Assembly (NCBI GenBank): GCA_965246885.1
Contig: OZ251992.1
Span: 2,400,001-2,464,000 of the forward strand
Reading direction: 5' to 3'
Source of the DNA: Abditibacterium sp.
Lineage (GTDB): Bacteria > Armatimonadota > Abditibacteriia > Abditibacteriales > Abditibacteriaceae
DNA length: 64,000 nt
Positions 49,421 to 58,227 of the stretch are shown here, piece by piece; position 1 is the first letter of the stretch, and each line of letters begins with the position of its first letter. The position numbers and the translations under genes were made by a program. The notes under the pieces were generated by a model, which did not search any database, was not told where the DNA came from, and was given only the letters and a program-made list of their open reading frames with translations.

Positions 49421-50555
49421 TGACATTCACGGCAATGGAAAACAGATTGAGACTTGCGATTACCCCGATGCTTGTAGCCACAGTGCGAGCAGGTTTGGCT
49501 AGTGTGGCGGGGGTCTACCCCGACCACGCGGCACGCTTTCTCCGCGCCCTTGTATTCCAGCATCGCACGCAAACGAGCAAAGCTCCATTGGTGCATCTGC
49601 CGTTTCAAGGAAGTGCCCTTGCGGGCCTTCGTCCGTTGTCGAATCTCCGTCAAGTTCTCAACCACTATCACACTGCCAAAACCCACACTTTGAACGATAC
49701 GACGCGACACCACATGGTCACAGTCAGAGCGAAAACGGGTCAGGCGACGGCGAAGCTGTTTCAAGTGACGCTTGGCGCTTTTTGTTCCTTTGCTCTGCAA
49801 GCTGCGCTTGAGCTTGAAGTATCGGCGTTCAATGTTCTTCCAACGTTTCTCGCCGAAGAACCGATTATTGGACGCGACGGCGGGCCGCGTGATACCAAAG
49901 TCAACGCCCACAACTTCCCCGCCACTCGCGGCTTCCGGTTCTTCGAGCGTGACTACCAAATGCAAAAACCACTTTCCCTTGCGATACACAAGGTCGGCGC
50001 TGTCAAAGCCCGTCGACTTGTCCATCGCTTCACGCGCATGGTCATACAGGCCAAACGCGACCTTCTGGCGCCCGTCAACCGTCGCCAGAGACACGATACC
50101 ATCCGCGCAAATCACGCGGTAGCTTCTGGCATCGTAGCGAATCGGGCAACTCTTGGACTGCGGGCCAGACACCTTTTTGCCCTTTTTCGCAAGCGCCATT
50201 GCCGAGACTACCGCCTCGGTTGCCTTGACGCGAGACGCGCAAACCAACTGCGAAGGCAGAAGAGGGAAACGCTCTCGAAGCGCGGCATAGGTGTCTTTAT
50301 GCAATTGCACGCCGTTCTTGATTTGCTCCTCCCAACCGTGAGACGCCACCGCGTTGAAGCACTCCGTGTGCTGGCGAAGTGTTTCGCCAAGCAAAGCAGA
50401 TTGCTCTTTCGTCGGTCTCAACTCCAAGCGGATAGTGCGTTGCATTTCTCATATGCCAGACGTTTTGGTGAATCGCTACGTTCCAAAGTCGTCGTCCCGA
50501 CGACACTTTTTATCCTCCCCTCAGACAAGCTGAGAGGTTTCCAAAAAGTATTTTT
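49260..50555 (-). mobile_element. Non-autonomous IS200/IS605-family (IS1341-like) element
   Basis: Subterminal hairpins at both ends (CCTCTCAG..CTGAGGGG; CCCCTTAGC-TT-GCTAAGGGG); right end ..GTTGAC; TCAT target 5' of left end; tnpB only, no tnpA. Confidence 0.88.
49303..50445 (-). CDS. tnpB: RNA-guided endonuclease TnpB
   Basis: RuvC motifs VVGVDFG, IVVENL, NADLNAS; zinc finger CSHC..CREC; DPRHTSQ. Confidence 0.95.
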   Translation of the reverse strand: MQRTIRLELRPTKEQSALLGETLRQHTECFNAVASHGWEEQIKNGVQLHKDTYAALRERFPLLPSQLVCASRVKATEAVVSAMALAKKGKKVSGPQSKSCPIRYDARSYRVICADGIVSLATVDGRQKVAFGLYDHAREAMDKSTGFDSADLVYRKGKWFLHLVVTLEEPEAASGGEVVGVDFGITRPAVASNNRFFGEKRWKNIERRYFKLKRSLQSKGTKSAKRHLKQLRRRLTRFRSDCDHVVSRRIVQSVGFGSVIVVENLTEIRQRTKARKGTSLKRQMHQWSFARLRAMLEYKGAEKACRVVGVDPRHTSQTCSHCGYKHRGNRKSQSVFHCRECHFELNADLNASRNIGFKYLATLGKSEGSGAVSTALMSQS

Positions 50556-51068
50556 ATGAAACATGGCATTAAGCGCAAACGGGGAGAAGCATCGGGCGTA
50601 GGCTCACGCACAGTTCAAGCGATGGGGCGCGGGGCCATTGCTGGCGCGCGAGTGGGCGGCTTGGTGGGCATGTCCGTTGGCGGCGGCCTTGCCTTAATCG
50701 GGGGAGCGCTTGTGGCGGCGGACTATTTGCGTGCCCAAAAGGAGCGCGACAAATGCGAGAATGTCTTGGACAATCCGACGCTGGCCTACCTGCGCCACGA
50801 AGCCCAAAACGGGAAGCACTGCTCTCGCATCGAACGCGGCAACACGAGAGGGGTGAAACTGCGTCCGTCGTCAAAGGGTTTCTTCTCGAACGACGGAGCC
50901 GACATCGCCGGATATTTGCAGTTCGCGCACGCCCCACAGGGCAAGTGGAAACTAAAACTCATCACCTTGCCCGACGCTTACGATGCCCTTATGGATTTCC
51001 GCCGCGTCGTGGGCGCCGACCAAGTGGAGTCGCAGTTTCCGTTCTGACGGCGCGGCGGGGGAGAGGCT

Positions 51069-51503
51069 TTACAACTTGATGTCCACGATGGCGCTGACGC
51101 CCACACCGGGGACGCGGCGGATGTTGCTCAAACTGTTGGAATCAATGGGAATCAGGACGCGCGCTTGAATGGTGGAAAGCGCGCGCACTTGAGTTTGGAA
51201 CTGCGCGACGGCTTTGACTTTGTCCACTTGCTCGCGCGGGCCGGAAACTTGGACGATGCCAACGGCGCCGCGTGACCCCGCCGAAATAACGGCCACGACT
51301 TTGGTAATGGTGTTGGGGTCGTCCACTTTGTTTTGTCCGGTGATGCGGTTAAGCGCCGAGTTGATCTGGCCGCCGAACTGCTTGACGATGAGCGCCGCGC
51401 CTCCGATTTTGAGTAGCGCGCCGAGTTGGGCGCTGGCCGCGCCAGCGCCAAAAAGAAGTCCGCCCGCCAAAGCGAGGGCGGTTTTAGAAGTTTGAAGTTT
51501 CAT
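51069..51503 (-). CDS. Hypothetical exported protein
   Basis: Signal peptide ..AGAASA; VKQFGGQINSALN, TKVVAVISAG, GIVQVSGP, RRVPGVGVSAIVDIKL. Confidence 0.8.
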   Translation of the reverse strand: MKLQTSKTALALAGGLLFGAGAASAQLGALLKIGGAALIVKQFGGQINSALNRITGQNKVDDPNTITKVVAVISAGSRGAVGIVQVSGPREQVDKVKAVAQFQTQVRALSTIQARVLIPIDSNSLSNIRRVPGVGVSAIVDIKL

Positions 51504-51599
51504 ACCAGTAGTTTGGCGTTCAAAGTCGGTGCCGGGTTCATTTTCGTCTTTTTTGCGGGCACACAGATAATTCTTCGCGCGACCCACATGAGAAATGCC

Positions 51600-51737
51600 A
51601 AGAATTAACTGCGCCATCGGAAGAAGTAGGCGCGCCACCGAAAAAATTAGGTGCGCCGATGGAAGAGTTAGCTAACTGACGCAAGAATTAAGCGCGCCAT
51701 CGGAAAAGCTAACTGCGCCATCGGAAGAATTAGGCCC
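51600..51737. repeat. Degenerate 21-bp tandem repeat, about 6.5 units
   Basis: Consensus near AAGAATTA(A/G)(C/G)(T/C)GCGCCATCGG; units at 51600, 51621, 51642, 51663 (20 bp), 51683, 51704, 51725. Confidence 0.88.
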
Positions 51738-51742
51738 TTTTG

Positions 51743-54283
51743 TCAGCCATTGGACAATGTGGCGAACAGAAGTAAGCCAAGCAGTAGCGCCGAGGCGACG
51801 GCGCCAAAGACAACGCGGCCCGCCGCGCGGCCCGTTGCGCTCAGCGCGCGCCCCACGCCCCACGCCAAGCCGAGCGCGGCGCCCAGCATCGCCCACACGA
51901 GTGGCGCGTTCCCCAAAGCGAGCGCGCCGAACTTGCCGCCGAGGGCACGCGCGACGGGATACAAGAGCCAATCGCCCGCGCTCCAGAGCGTCCAATGAAG
52001 CAGTTCGGTCGCCAAGTAGCCCCCGAAGGCGCCCAGAGCCAGACCGACCATCGGCAAGGTTTGCAGCATGGAATCATCGGAGCCTTTGAGCAATCCGGCG
52101 CGCTCGCGGGAGGGAATCTTGCGCTCGCGGCGCGCGAGCAGGAGGCCGCCGTAACCGCCAAAGCCACTACCGACCAGAAGCGGGCCAAGACCGCGAAAAT
52201 CCAGCCCGGCCAAGGTGCGCCCGCCGTTCTCCCACAGCCATTTGGTGGTGTATGCGGGGTTAACGAGACCATAAAAAGCGCGCACCCCCGCGCCAATGAG
52301 CGCGCCGTAAAGAAGGGATAGCAAGACCAGTTCGGCCAATTGGCGCGGCGGCAAGACGATGCGGTAGCGCACCGGAACGCGCAAGCGTCCGCCGTTGGTG
52401 TCTATTTGCAGTAGCCCTTCGTAGAAGCGCGCGACGGCGGCGGAACTGGAAGCGTCCACGCTCAGGGTGATGGGTTCGCTGCCCTCGAAGCGTTCAGGCG
52501 CGGTCAAGATGCCCAAACTCGGCCCAACATACACGGCGCCGCGCGGCGTGCCACCGGACGCGCGCTTGGGTTGCACGCGCACCGTCGCTTCGGCGCGGCG
52601 CCCGACGAGAACGGAGCCGAAATCCACTTCGGCGGGGGCGGCTTCGAGTTCAAGGGGCACGACCGAGTACGAGACGGGCAAGCGATGCGCGCCCGCGTCG
52701 GTCTCGAACAAGACAAAGCCAGCATAGGCCCCGACCGCGACGCGCGCGGTGTCGAGTTCGAGCGCGAGTTCCACATCGTTGCCCGCCCAACTGGGGGGCA
52801 CGACCAAACCGGGCAGAGACGCTTCCGCTTCGCCTATCCCGCCCGCCAGAATATCTTTGACCGCGAAGGCGAGCGCGCTTTGACCGGGGCGGGCTTTGGG
52901 GGGAACGCTGATAATCCCCCACAACAGCCCCGGCCCGACGTTACGGAGGCGCACGTCCAACTTCGCTTTGGCGCCGGAATCGAGAGCGCCGAAGTTGAGG
53001 GCGTCGGGTTCGATGTCGAGGCGCGGCAAAACGTTGGTGGTGCCGGTCGGATAAAGCGCGCGGCGCAGCAGTTCGAGGGCGCGGTCGGGTTGCTCGGCGT
53101 GCGACTTGACCAGCCCCATCGCCACGCGCGCGGGGTTGGCGAAGCCGTTTTGCAACAGCCATGACCCCAAGCTGCCGTTGAAGAGATACGTCTTTGATTC
53201 GTCGCCGTGCGTGTCGAAAAGCAGCGCCAGTTCGCTCGCGGTGCGCGCTTTCGCGCCGTCGGCGAAGGTGAAGGCAGGGGCGCCGGTCGCGCCCATGTCG
53301 GGCGCGAGGATGGCGTGGAGGTCGGCGAGGAGTTCGTCTATCGTCTGAAAGCGCGCCGCGAGGTCGCTTTGCGTGGCCTTGGCAATCAACAGTTCCGTTT
53401 CGGGCGAAACGAGCGAATTGAAAAAGCGCGGCGAGTGCGCGCGCAGTTCGCGGAGTTGCTCGGCGTCCTGCGGGTCGCGGCCACTGAGCAGGCGGTAAAG
53501 AGTCATGCCGAGCGCGTAGATGTCGGAGCGCTTTTCGGGGTGGTCGCGCTCTTGCGGGGTGTCGGGCGCATATCCCAGAGTTCCGAAACGCGAAGTGCCA
53601 CTGATGGCGACCGTGCCGTAGCCCCCCGCTTCGCCGACTTTTTTGGTCAACCCGAAGTCGAGAAGCACGGCGTTTTCGTCGTCACCCCGGATTTTGATGT
53701 TGTCGGGCTTGATGTCGCGGTGGATGGTGCCGACACGGTGCAACGTGCGGACGGCGGACGCGATTTGCCCGATCCACGTCAGGGCGCGCTTTTCCTCTAA
53801 CGGCACGCCGCCATTGTGGGCCGCGACTGCTTCCAAAGTCGGGCCGTCCACGAAGTCCATCATGAGGTAGTAGCGCGCCTCGACCAGAAGCAACGCCGCG
53901 CCATGTTCGGGACAAAAGCGCGCGCCCTCGCCCCAGTCCAAACCACAGACGGGACAGACGTGCCACGCGCCGGTTTCTTGGTCGAAGTAAGCGGCGGGGA
54001 TGTTCGGGTGGCGGATGGTAGCGAGGTTCAGCGCCTCGCGGCGGAACAATTCAAGTGCGCTTTGTCGTTCGTCTCCCGCCGTATCAGGGCGCGACAGGAC
54101 GTGCATTTCCTTGGCGGCGAGCGTATTGCCGACGGCGGAGTCGAAGACGCGGTATACACTCCCGAAGTTGCCGCCGCCGAGTGCGTCCAGCACATCGTAG
54201 CGGTCTTTGATGCGGTCGCCGACGCGATGCTTGAGGGGAGCAATTGGGTTTAGCGCGGTGCCGGACGGCGGGGGAATCGTCAC
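51743..54283 (-). CDS. Hanks-type Ser/Thr kinase with zinc-ribbon insert, Ig-like domains and C-terminal TMs
   Basis: LGGGNFGSVY, AAKE, HRDIKPDN, DFG, GTLGYAP, SDIYALG; start approximate. Confidence 0.9.
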   Translation of the reverse strand: MTIPPPSGTALNPIAPLKHRVGDRIKDRYDVLDALGGGNFGSVYRVFDSAVGNTLAAKEMHVLSRPDTAGDERQSALELFRREALNLATIRHPNIPAAYFDQETGAWHVCPVCGLDWGEGARFCPEHGAALLLVEARYYLMMDFVDGPTLEAVAAHNGGVPLEEKRALTWIGQIASAVRTLHRVGTIHRDIKPDNIKIRGDDENAVLLDFGLTKKVGEAGGYGTVAISGTSRFGTLGYAPDTPQERDHPEKRSDIYALGMTLYRLLSGRDPQDAEQLRELRAHSPRFFNSLVSPETELLIAKATQSDLAARFQTIDELLADLHAILAPDMGATGAPAFTFADGAKARTASELALLFDTHGDESKTYLFNGSLGSWLLQNGFANPARVAMGLVKSHAEQPDRALELLRRALYPTGTTNVLPRLDIEPDALNFGALDSGAKAKLDVRLRNVGPGLLWGIISVPPKARPGQSALAFAVKDILAGGIGEAEASLPGLVVPPSWAGNDVELALELDTARVAVGAYAGFVLFETDAGAHRLPVSYSVVPLELEAAPAEVDFGSVLVGRRAEATVRVQPKRASGGTPRGAVYVGPSLGILTAPERFEGSEPITLSVDASSSAAVARFYEGLLQIDTNGGRLRVPVRYRIVLPPRQLAELVLLSLLYGALIGAGVRAFYGLVNPAYTTKWLWENGGRTLAGLDFRGLGPLLVGSGFGGYGGLLLARRERKIPSRERAGLLKGSDDSMLQTLPMVGLALGAFGGYLATELLHWTLWSAGDWLLYPVARALGGKFGALALGNAPLVWAMLGAALGLAWGVGRALSATGRAAGRVVFGAVASALLLGLLLFATLSNG

Positions 54284-54316
54284 AAGAGGGAGTTTAGAAT
54301 CCCAAGGAAGCCGACT

Positions 54317-54649
54317 TTGTCCGACCAACCCCAGTTCTTGCCCGCCGAACCCGCTTCCGCGCCTGCCGAAGACGCGGCCCCAGCGCCGCGCCCACCCGCC
54401 CCGCCGCTCCCGTCCTCGCCGTTGGAGCGCGCCCAGTTGGAATCAGAGGGCAAACTTCCGACACAAACCGCCGAAGACGACCGCACGACGATGGTGGCGT
54501 TCGGCCTCTTGTTCGTGGTGCCACTGCTGATTATCATCCTGTCGCTCGTGTTCCTGCTCCCATTCATCAACGCGCAAATCAACCGCGACCAAAACCCCGG
54601 CGGCGCGGTCACGCAATCCGCTCCGAACGGACAAACGCCGACGCGGTGA
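54317..54649 (+). CDS. Small single-TM hypothetical protein
   Basis: Pro-rich N-terminus, TM VAFGLLFVVPLLIIILSLVFLL. Confidence 0.6.
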   Translation: MSDQPQFLPAEPASAPAEDAAPAPRPPAPPLPSSPLERAQLESEGKLPTQTAEDDRTTMVAFGLLFVVPLLIIILSLVFLLPFINAQINRDQNPGGAVTQSAPNGQTPTR

Positions 54650-55617
54650 GGAGTGTTGAAGCGATGCCAAAGAAAGGGGACACTTTGCCTATGACCTGCC
54701 CCCTTTGCCATTTGGTCAACTCGCCGCTCTCGCTCGATGTCTGCTCGCGTTGCGGCGCACTTTTGCGCGGTAGCGGAACTGGGGCCGCCCCTGCGGACGG
54801 AGCGCCGCGCTTGGGCGTCGCTCCGTCGCCAACTCCGCGCCCGCGTCGTCTCCTGTCGCGCCTCAACCGGCTTTCCAATCTCACGATTTGGCTGGGCGCC
54901 GCGCTGTTGGGTACAGGCACGGGCTTTTTGGTGCGGTGGGGTCAACAAGTGTTCTCCCCTGCGTCAAGTCCTTTAACTGTTGCTGCCGCGCCGATGCCAA
55001 TCCCGATGAGTCCACTCCAAGGTCAAGTCGCACCGCGCTCGTTTCCACAAGCCATACCGGAGCAATATCGAACCGGCTCACGATTGCGGCCAAAGCCGCT
55101 CGAAACCCTTCCAGAAATGCCGCCCCTTGCGGTGCTTCGCCCGGCGAAAGATGTTGATGTACCGCTACGAGATTATGCGCCCAATAAAATCTCGTTGCGG
55201 TTAAGTGAAGTGCATCCAGTTTCCCGTGCAGTGCGCTTAGAAATCACCGCACGCTACAATGAGTGGAAGCAACGTCAGACCGACGGCACAAACCAGCTTG
55301 AAAGCCTTATCGACTTCTACGCACCGGGGTCTCGTATTTTTCGGGTTCCAGACAAGGCAATATCGCGTGACGATTTGCGCCAGCTTTCCATCCGCACACG
55401 GCAGATGGGCATATTCACCTCCGCGCGTGACCAGAAGCCATTGGAGTGGGCGCAGAACGCGGCGGGCGACCGCGTGGAACTGCTCGCGTTTCATTGCTAC
55501 GGCGACGACGGCGGCAATTTGCTAAGCGGGCAACGCCTTTTGACATGGCGGAGAAGCGGTGGGAAATGGCTTATCGTCCGCGACGACTTCCCGCCGCGTT
55601 ATTTTGTCTCCAAATGA
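54646..55617 (+). CDS. Hypothetical zinc-ribbon/TM protein with NTF2-like C-terminus
   Basis: CPLC..CSRCG, one TM, C-terminal LTWRRSGGKWLIVRD. Confidence 0.6.
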   Translation: MRSVEAMPKKGDTLPMTCPLCHLVNSPLSLDVCSRCGALLRGSGTGAAPADGAPRLGVAPSPTPRPRRLLSRLNRLSNLTIWLGAALLGTGTGFLVRWGQQVFSPASSPLTVAAAPMPIPMSPLQGQVAPRSFPQAIPEQYRTGSRLRPKPLETLPEMPPLAVLRPAKDVDVPLRDYAPNKISLRLSEVHPVSRAVRLEITARYNEWKQRQTDGTNQLESLIDFYAPGSRIFRVPDKAISRDDLRQLSIRTRQMGIFTSARDQKPLEWAQNAAGDRVELLAFHCYGDDGGNLLSGQRLLTWRRSGGKWLIVRDDFPPRYFVSK

Positions 55618-55653
55618 ACAACGGCCCACACTCCAGAGAGTGTGGGCCGTTGT
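55616..55653. terminator. Hairpin between convergent genes
   Basis: AACAACGGCCCACACTC..GAGTGTGGGCCGTTGTT. Confidence 0.7.
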
Positions 55654-55668
55654 TGTAGTGCGTTGCAA

Positions 55669-55980
55669 CTACGCGGTTTGAGAAGCGACCGGAGCCGCCT
55701 CAACGGTTTCCGCCGCGACGACGGGGTAGACCGAGATTTTCTTGCCGGTGGCGCGGGCGCGGGCATAGGGTTCAAAGGTGACTTTGCCTTCGACCATAGC
55801 GAAGAGCGTGTCGTCCGAGCCGATGCCGACGTTGTTGCCGGGGTGATATTTCGTGCCGCGTTGACGGACGATGATGCAACCGGCGGTGACGAGTTCGCCG
55901 CCGAAACGCTTGATGCCTAACCGTTGGGAGTTGGAATCGCGCCCGTTGCGCGAACTGCCCATGCCTTTTTTGTGTGCCAT
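55669..55980 (-). CDS. rpmA: 50S ribosomal protein L27
   Basis: [25 protein letters not shown]. Confidence 0.98.
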   Translation of the reverse strand: MAHKKGMGSSRNGRDSNSQRLGIKRFGGELVTAGCIIVRQRGTKYHPGNNVGIGSDDTLFAMVEGKVTFEPYARARATGKKISVYPVVAAETVEAAPVASQTA

Positions 55981-56001
55981 TGTGGTGAGTCTCCTTGGGT
56001 T

Positions 56002-56313
56002 TTACGCTGTGATGGAGTCAATCTTGAGCAGCGTTTGGTGCGCGCGCGCACCAATGCGGCGGCGGTAGTTCTTCTTGGCCTTGTATTTGAAGACGCGAAT
56101 CTTCTTGCCCTTTTGGTGGCGAACGACGGTTGCGGCGACGGATGCGCCCGCAACGGTGGGGGCGCCGACTTGCACCTGCGCGCCGTCGCCGACCATCAAA
56201 ACTTCGACGCCCTCGACGGACGCGCCCACTTCGGTGTCGAGTTGGTCAACCAGAACCTGTGTCCCGGTTTCGACGCGATACTGTTTGCCGCTCACGCGGA
56301 TGATTGCGAACAT
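56002..56313 (-). CDS. rplU: 50S ribosomal protein L21
   Basis: MFAIIRVSGKQYRV..KGKKIRVFKYKAKK. Confidence 0.97.
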   Translation of the reverse strand: MFAIIRVSGKQYRVETGTQVLVDQLDTEVGASVEGVEVLMVGDGAQVQVGAPTVAGASVAATVVRHQKGKKIRVFKYKAKKNYRRRIGARAHQTLLKIDSITA

Positions 56314-56371
56314 GATTGTCTCTGCCTTTGGAAAAAGCCCCGGATATATTAGCAGATTTGCGCGGGGTCGG

Positions 56372-56743
56372 TCAACGAACGTGGGCGCGGAAAAAAGTTT
56401 CGAGCACGTCGCGCGTCATTTCGCCGGAAGCGATTCGGAGGAAGATGCTAATCACATCGTCTTCGGACAAGTCATGTTGCACGCCGTTGAGTTCAAGGAA
56501 AATCAGCATCGAACCGGCGGCAACGCGCTTGTTTCCATCTATGAAAGCGTGCGCTTGGCATAAATGGAAGCCGTAAGTCGCCGCACAAATAACCGCGTCG
56601 GCGTCCTCGTAGTAGTGGCGGTTTTCGGCGGCAGCTATGGCCGACTCAAAGGCGCCGTCATCGCGCAAGCCATGCGCACCGCCAAAACGTTCGATGTTCG
56701 CGTGCTGCATAAAGGCGACCTGTTCTTTGGAAAGAAAGATCAT
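56372..56743 (-). CDS. doc: Doc (death-on-curing) family toxin
   Basis: [24 protein letters not shown]. Confidence 0.9.
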   Translation of the reverse strand: MIFLSKEQVAFMQHANIERFGGAHGLRDDGAFESAIAAAENRHYYEDADAVICAATYGFHLCQAHAFIDGNKRVAAGSMLIFLELNGVQHDLSEDDVISIFLRIASGEMTRDVLETFFRAHVR

Positions 56744-56952
56744 TTGGCGCCCTCGGCCAGCACCTCGAAAGACTTCTGGTAGCGGTCAAACACGCGGTTC
56801 ATCACGGCCTCGAACTCAGCATCAGAAACTCCCTCTTTGGAGGCAGTCTCGACCATCGTCTCCAGCCATTGTTCGGGAGTGGCCCCGTTCGATTTGGCTT
56901 TCTCTTCAACCTTGCGGGCCGTTTCCGGCTTCAAATTCAACACGTAAGTCAT
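56740..56952 (-). CDS. Putative antitoxin
   Basis: 70 aa ending [18 protein letters not shown] overlap with doc; GAGGTG SD. Confidence 0.75.
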   Translation of the reverse strand: MTYVLNLKPETARKVEEKAKSNGATPEQWLETMVETASKEGVSDAEFEAVMNRVFDRYQKSFEVLAEGAK

Positions 56953-56997
56953 TTTGTTCACCTCTTTGGGCAGGGGGAGTTTACCCGGCGCCTGAAG

Positions 56998-57111
56998 TGT
57001 GCTAAGATATTCCCGGTTTTTTCCCACCAAATCCAATTCGCCGCGCCTTTGGGTGGCCCATCTCCTTGGGTCGCATCGCAGCGAATGGGAATAACCCAAA
57101 GGACACCAACT
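56998..57111 (+). promoter_or_regulatory. rpsB extended -10 promoter and S2-type leader
   Basis: TGTG-C-TAAGAT; GGGTGGCCC..GGGTCG..ATAACCC; CCTTTGGGT complementary to ACCCAAAGG. Confidence 0.6.
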
Positions 57112-58218
57112 ATGCCAGTCGCATCCATGAAAGATTTGCTCGAAGCCGGAGTGCACTTCGGGCACCACACGCGCAAGTGGAATCCAAAAATGAAGCCGTA
57201 TATCTACGGCGCGCGCAACGATATTTACATTATCGACCTGCACAAGACCCGCAAGGAACTCGAAAAGACCTACGAAAGCGTCCGCCAACTGGCGTTTCAG
57301 GGCAAGAAGTTCCTTTTTGTCGGCACCAAGAAACAAGCGCAAGACCCCATCCGCGAAGCGGCGGAAGAATCGGAGCAGTTCTTCGTCAACCATCGCTGGC
57401 TCGGCGGAATGCTCACCAACTGGAACACCGTTCAGCTTCGCATTGACCGCCTCAACCAGATTGACCGCATGATCGAGGACGGCACGCTCGCCAAGCTGGT
57501 CAAGAAGGAACAGGGCCGCGTGATGGAAGAGCGCACTAAGCTGGACAACACGCTCGGCGGCATTCGCACCATGAACGGTTTGCCCGATGTCCTCGTCATC
57601 ATTGACTGCCGCAAAGAGCAGATCGCCATCAAAGAAGCGCGCAAACTGGAAATCCCCATCGTCGCCGTCGTGGACACCAACTGCGACCCCGACGAGATTG
57701 ACTACGTGATTCCCGGCAACGACGACGCCATCCGCGCCGTGAAACTCATGGCGAGCCAAATGGCCGAGGCCATCAACGAAGGCCGCACCATGCGCCAAAG
57801 CGTGATGGAAGAGCGCGCTGGACAACTCGGTCAGCAAGCGGCGGCAGTGTCGTTTGGCGGCGGACAGATTGACTTCGTCGGCGCCACCGACGTGCAGTTC
57901 GCGCCCGTTTCCAATGACGAGGACGACGACGTGTTCGAGTCCGAAATGGCGAAGAACTTCGACGTGTCCTCGCGCGCCAAAGCCGGTCTCGACGTTTTGA
58001 GCGAAGACGCCAACCTCGCGTCCGACCTCGATGCGCAAGGCGCCGACATGAACGTGCAAACCACGACCGGCCAATCGTTCGTCCGCAACAACAGTGGCGG
58101 CGCCGACGTTGCCGTGAGCGGACGTAACCAAGACGCGGGCAACCTCGAAGCGACCGACGCCGACAATCGCGGCGGCGCGGCAGACCAAGAAGTCAACAAG
58201 GCGCTCGCAGGAGCGTAG
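57112..58218 (+). CDS. rpsB: 30S ribosomal protein S2 with long acidic C-terminal extension
   Basis: [35 protein letters not shown]. Confidence 0.97.
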   Translation: MPVASMKDLLEAGVHFGHHTRKWNPKMKPYIYGARNDIYIIDLHKTRKELEKTYESVRQLAFQGKKFLFVGTKKQAQDPIREAAEESEQFFVNHRWLGGMLTNWNTVQLRIDRLNQIDRMIEDGTLAKLVKKEQGRVMEERTKLDNTLGGIRTMNGLPDVLVIIDCRKEQIAIKEARKLEIPIVAVVDTNCDPDEIDYVIPGNDDAIRAVKLMASQMAEAINEGRTMRQSVMEERAGQLGQQAAAVSFGGGQIDFVGATDVQFAPVSNDEDDDVFESEMAKNFDVSSRAKAGLDVLSEDANLASDLDAQGADMNVQTTTGQSFVRNNSGGADVAVSGRNQDAGNLEATDADNRGGAADQEVNKALAGA

Positions 58219-58227
58219 GAGAAAACA

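Larger units (their letters stand above)
48955..51047 (+). pseudogene. Zinc-ribbon membrane protein gene split by IS insertion and a frameshift
   Basis: MKKCPLC..CLRC start; apparent 1-bp frameshift near 49080; frame ..FSGPYHAG (to 49259) joins MKHGIK.. (50556) once the IS is removed. Confidence 0.65.

Noticed and set aside
49260..50555. Cas12 locus or IStron
   Set aside because: No CRISPR array, size and ends fit TnpB, no room for a group I intron, and the element is antisense to the host gene
51600..51737. CRISPR array
   Set aside because: Contiguous degenerate units, no unique spacers, no cas genes
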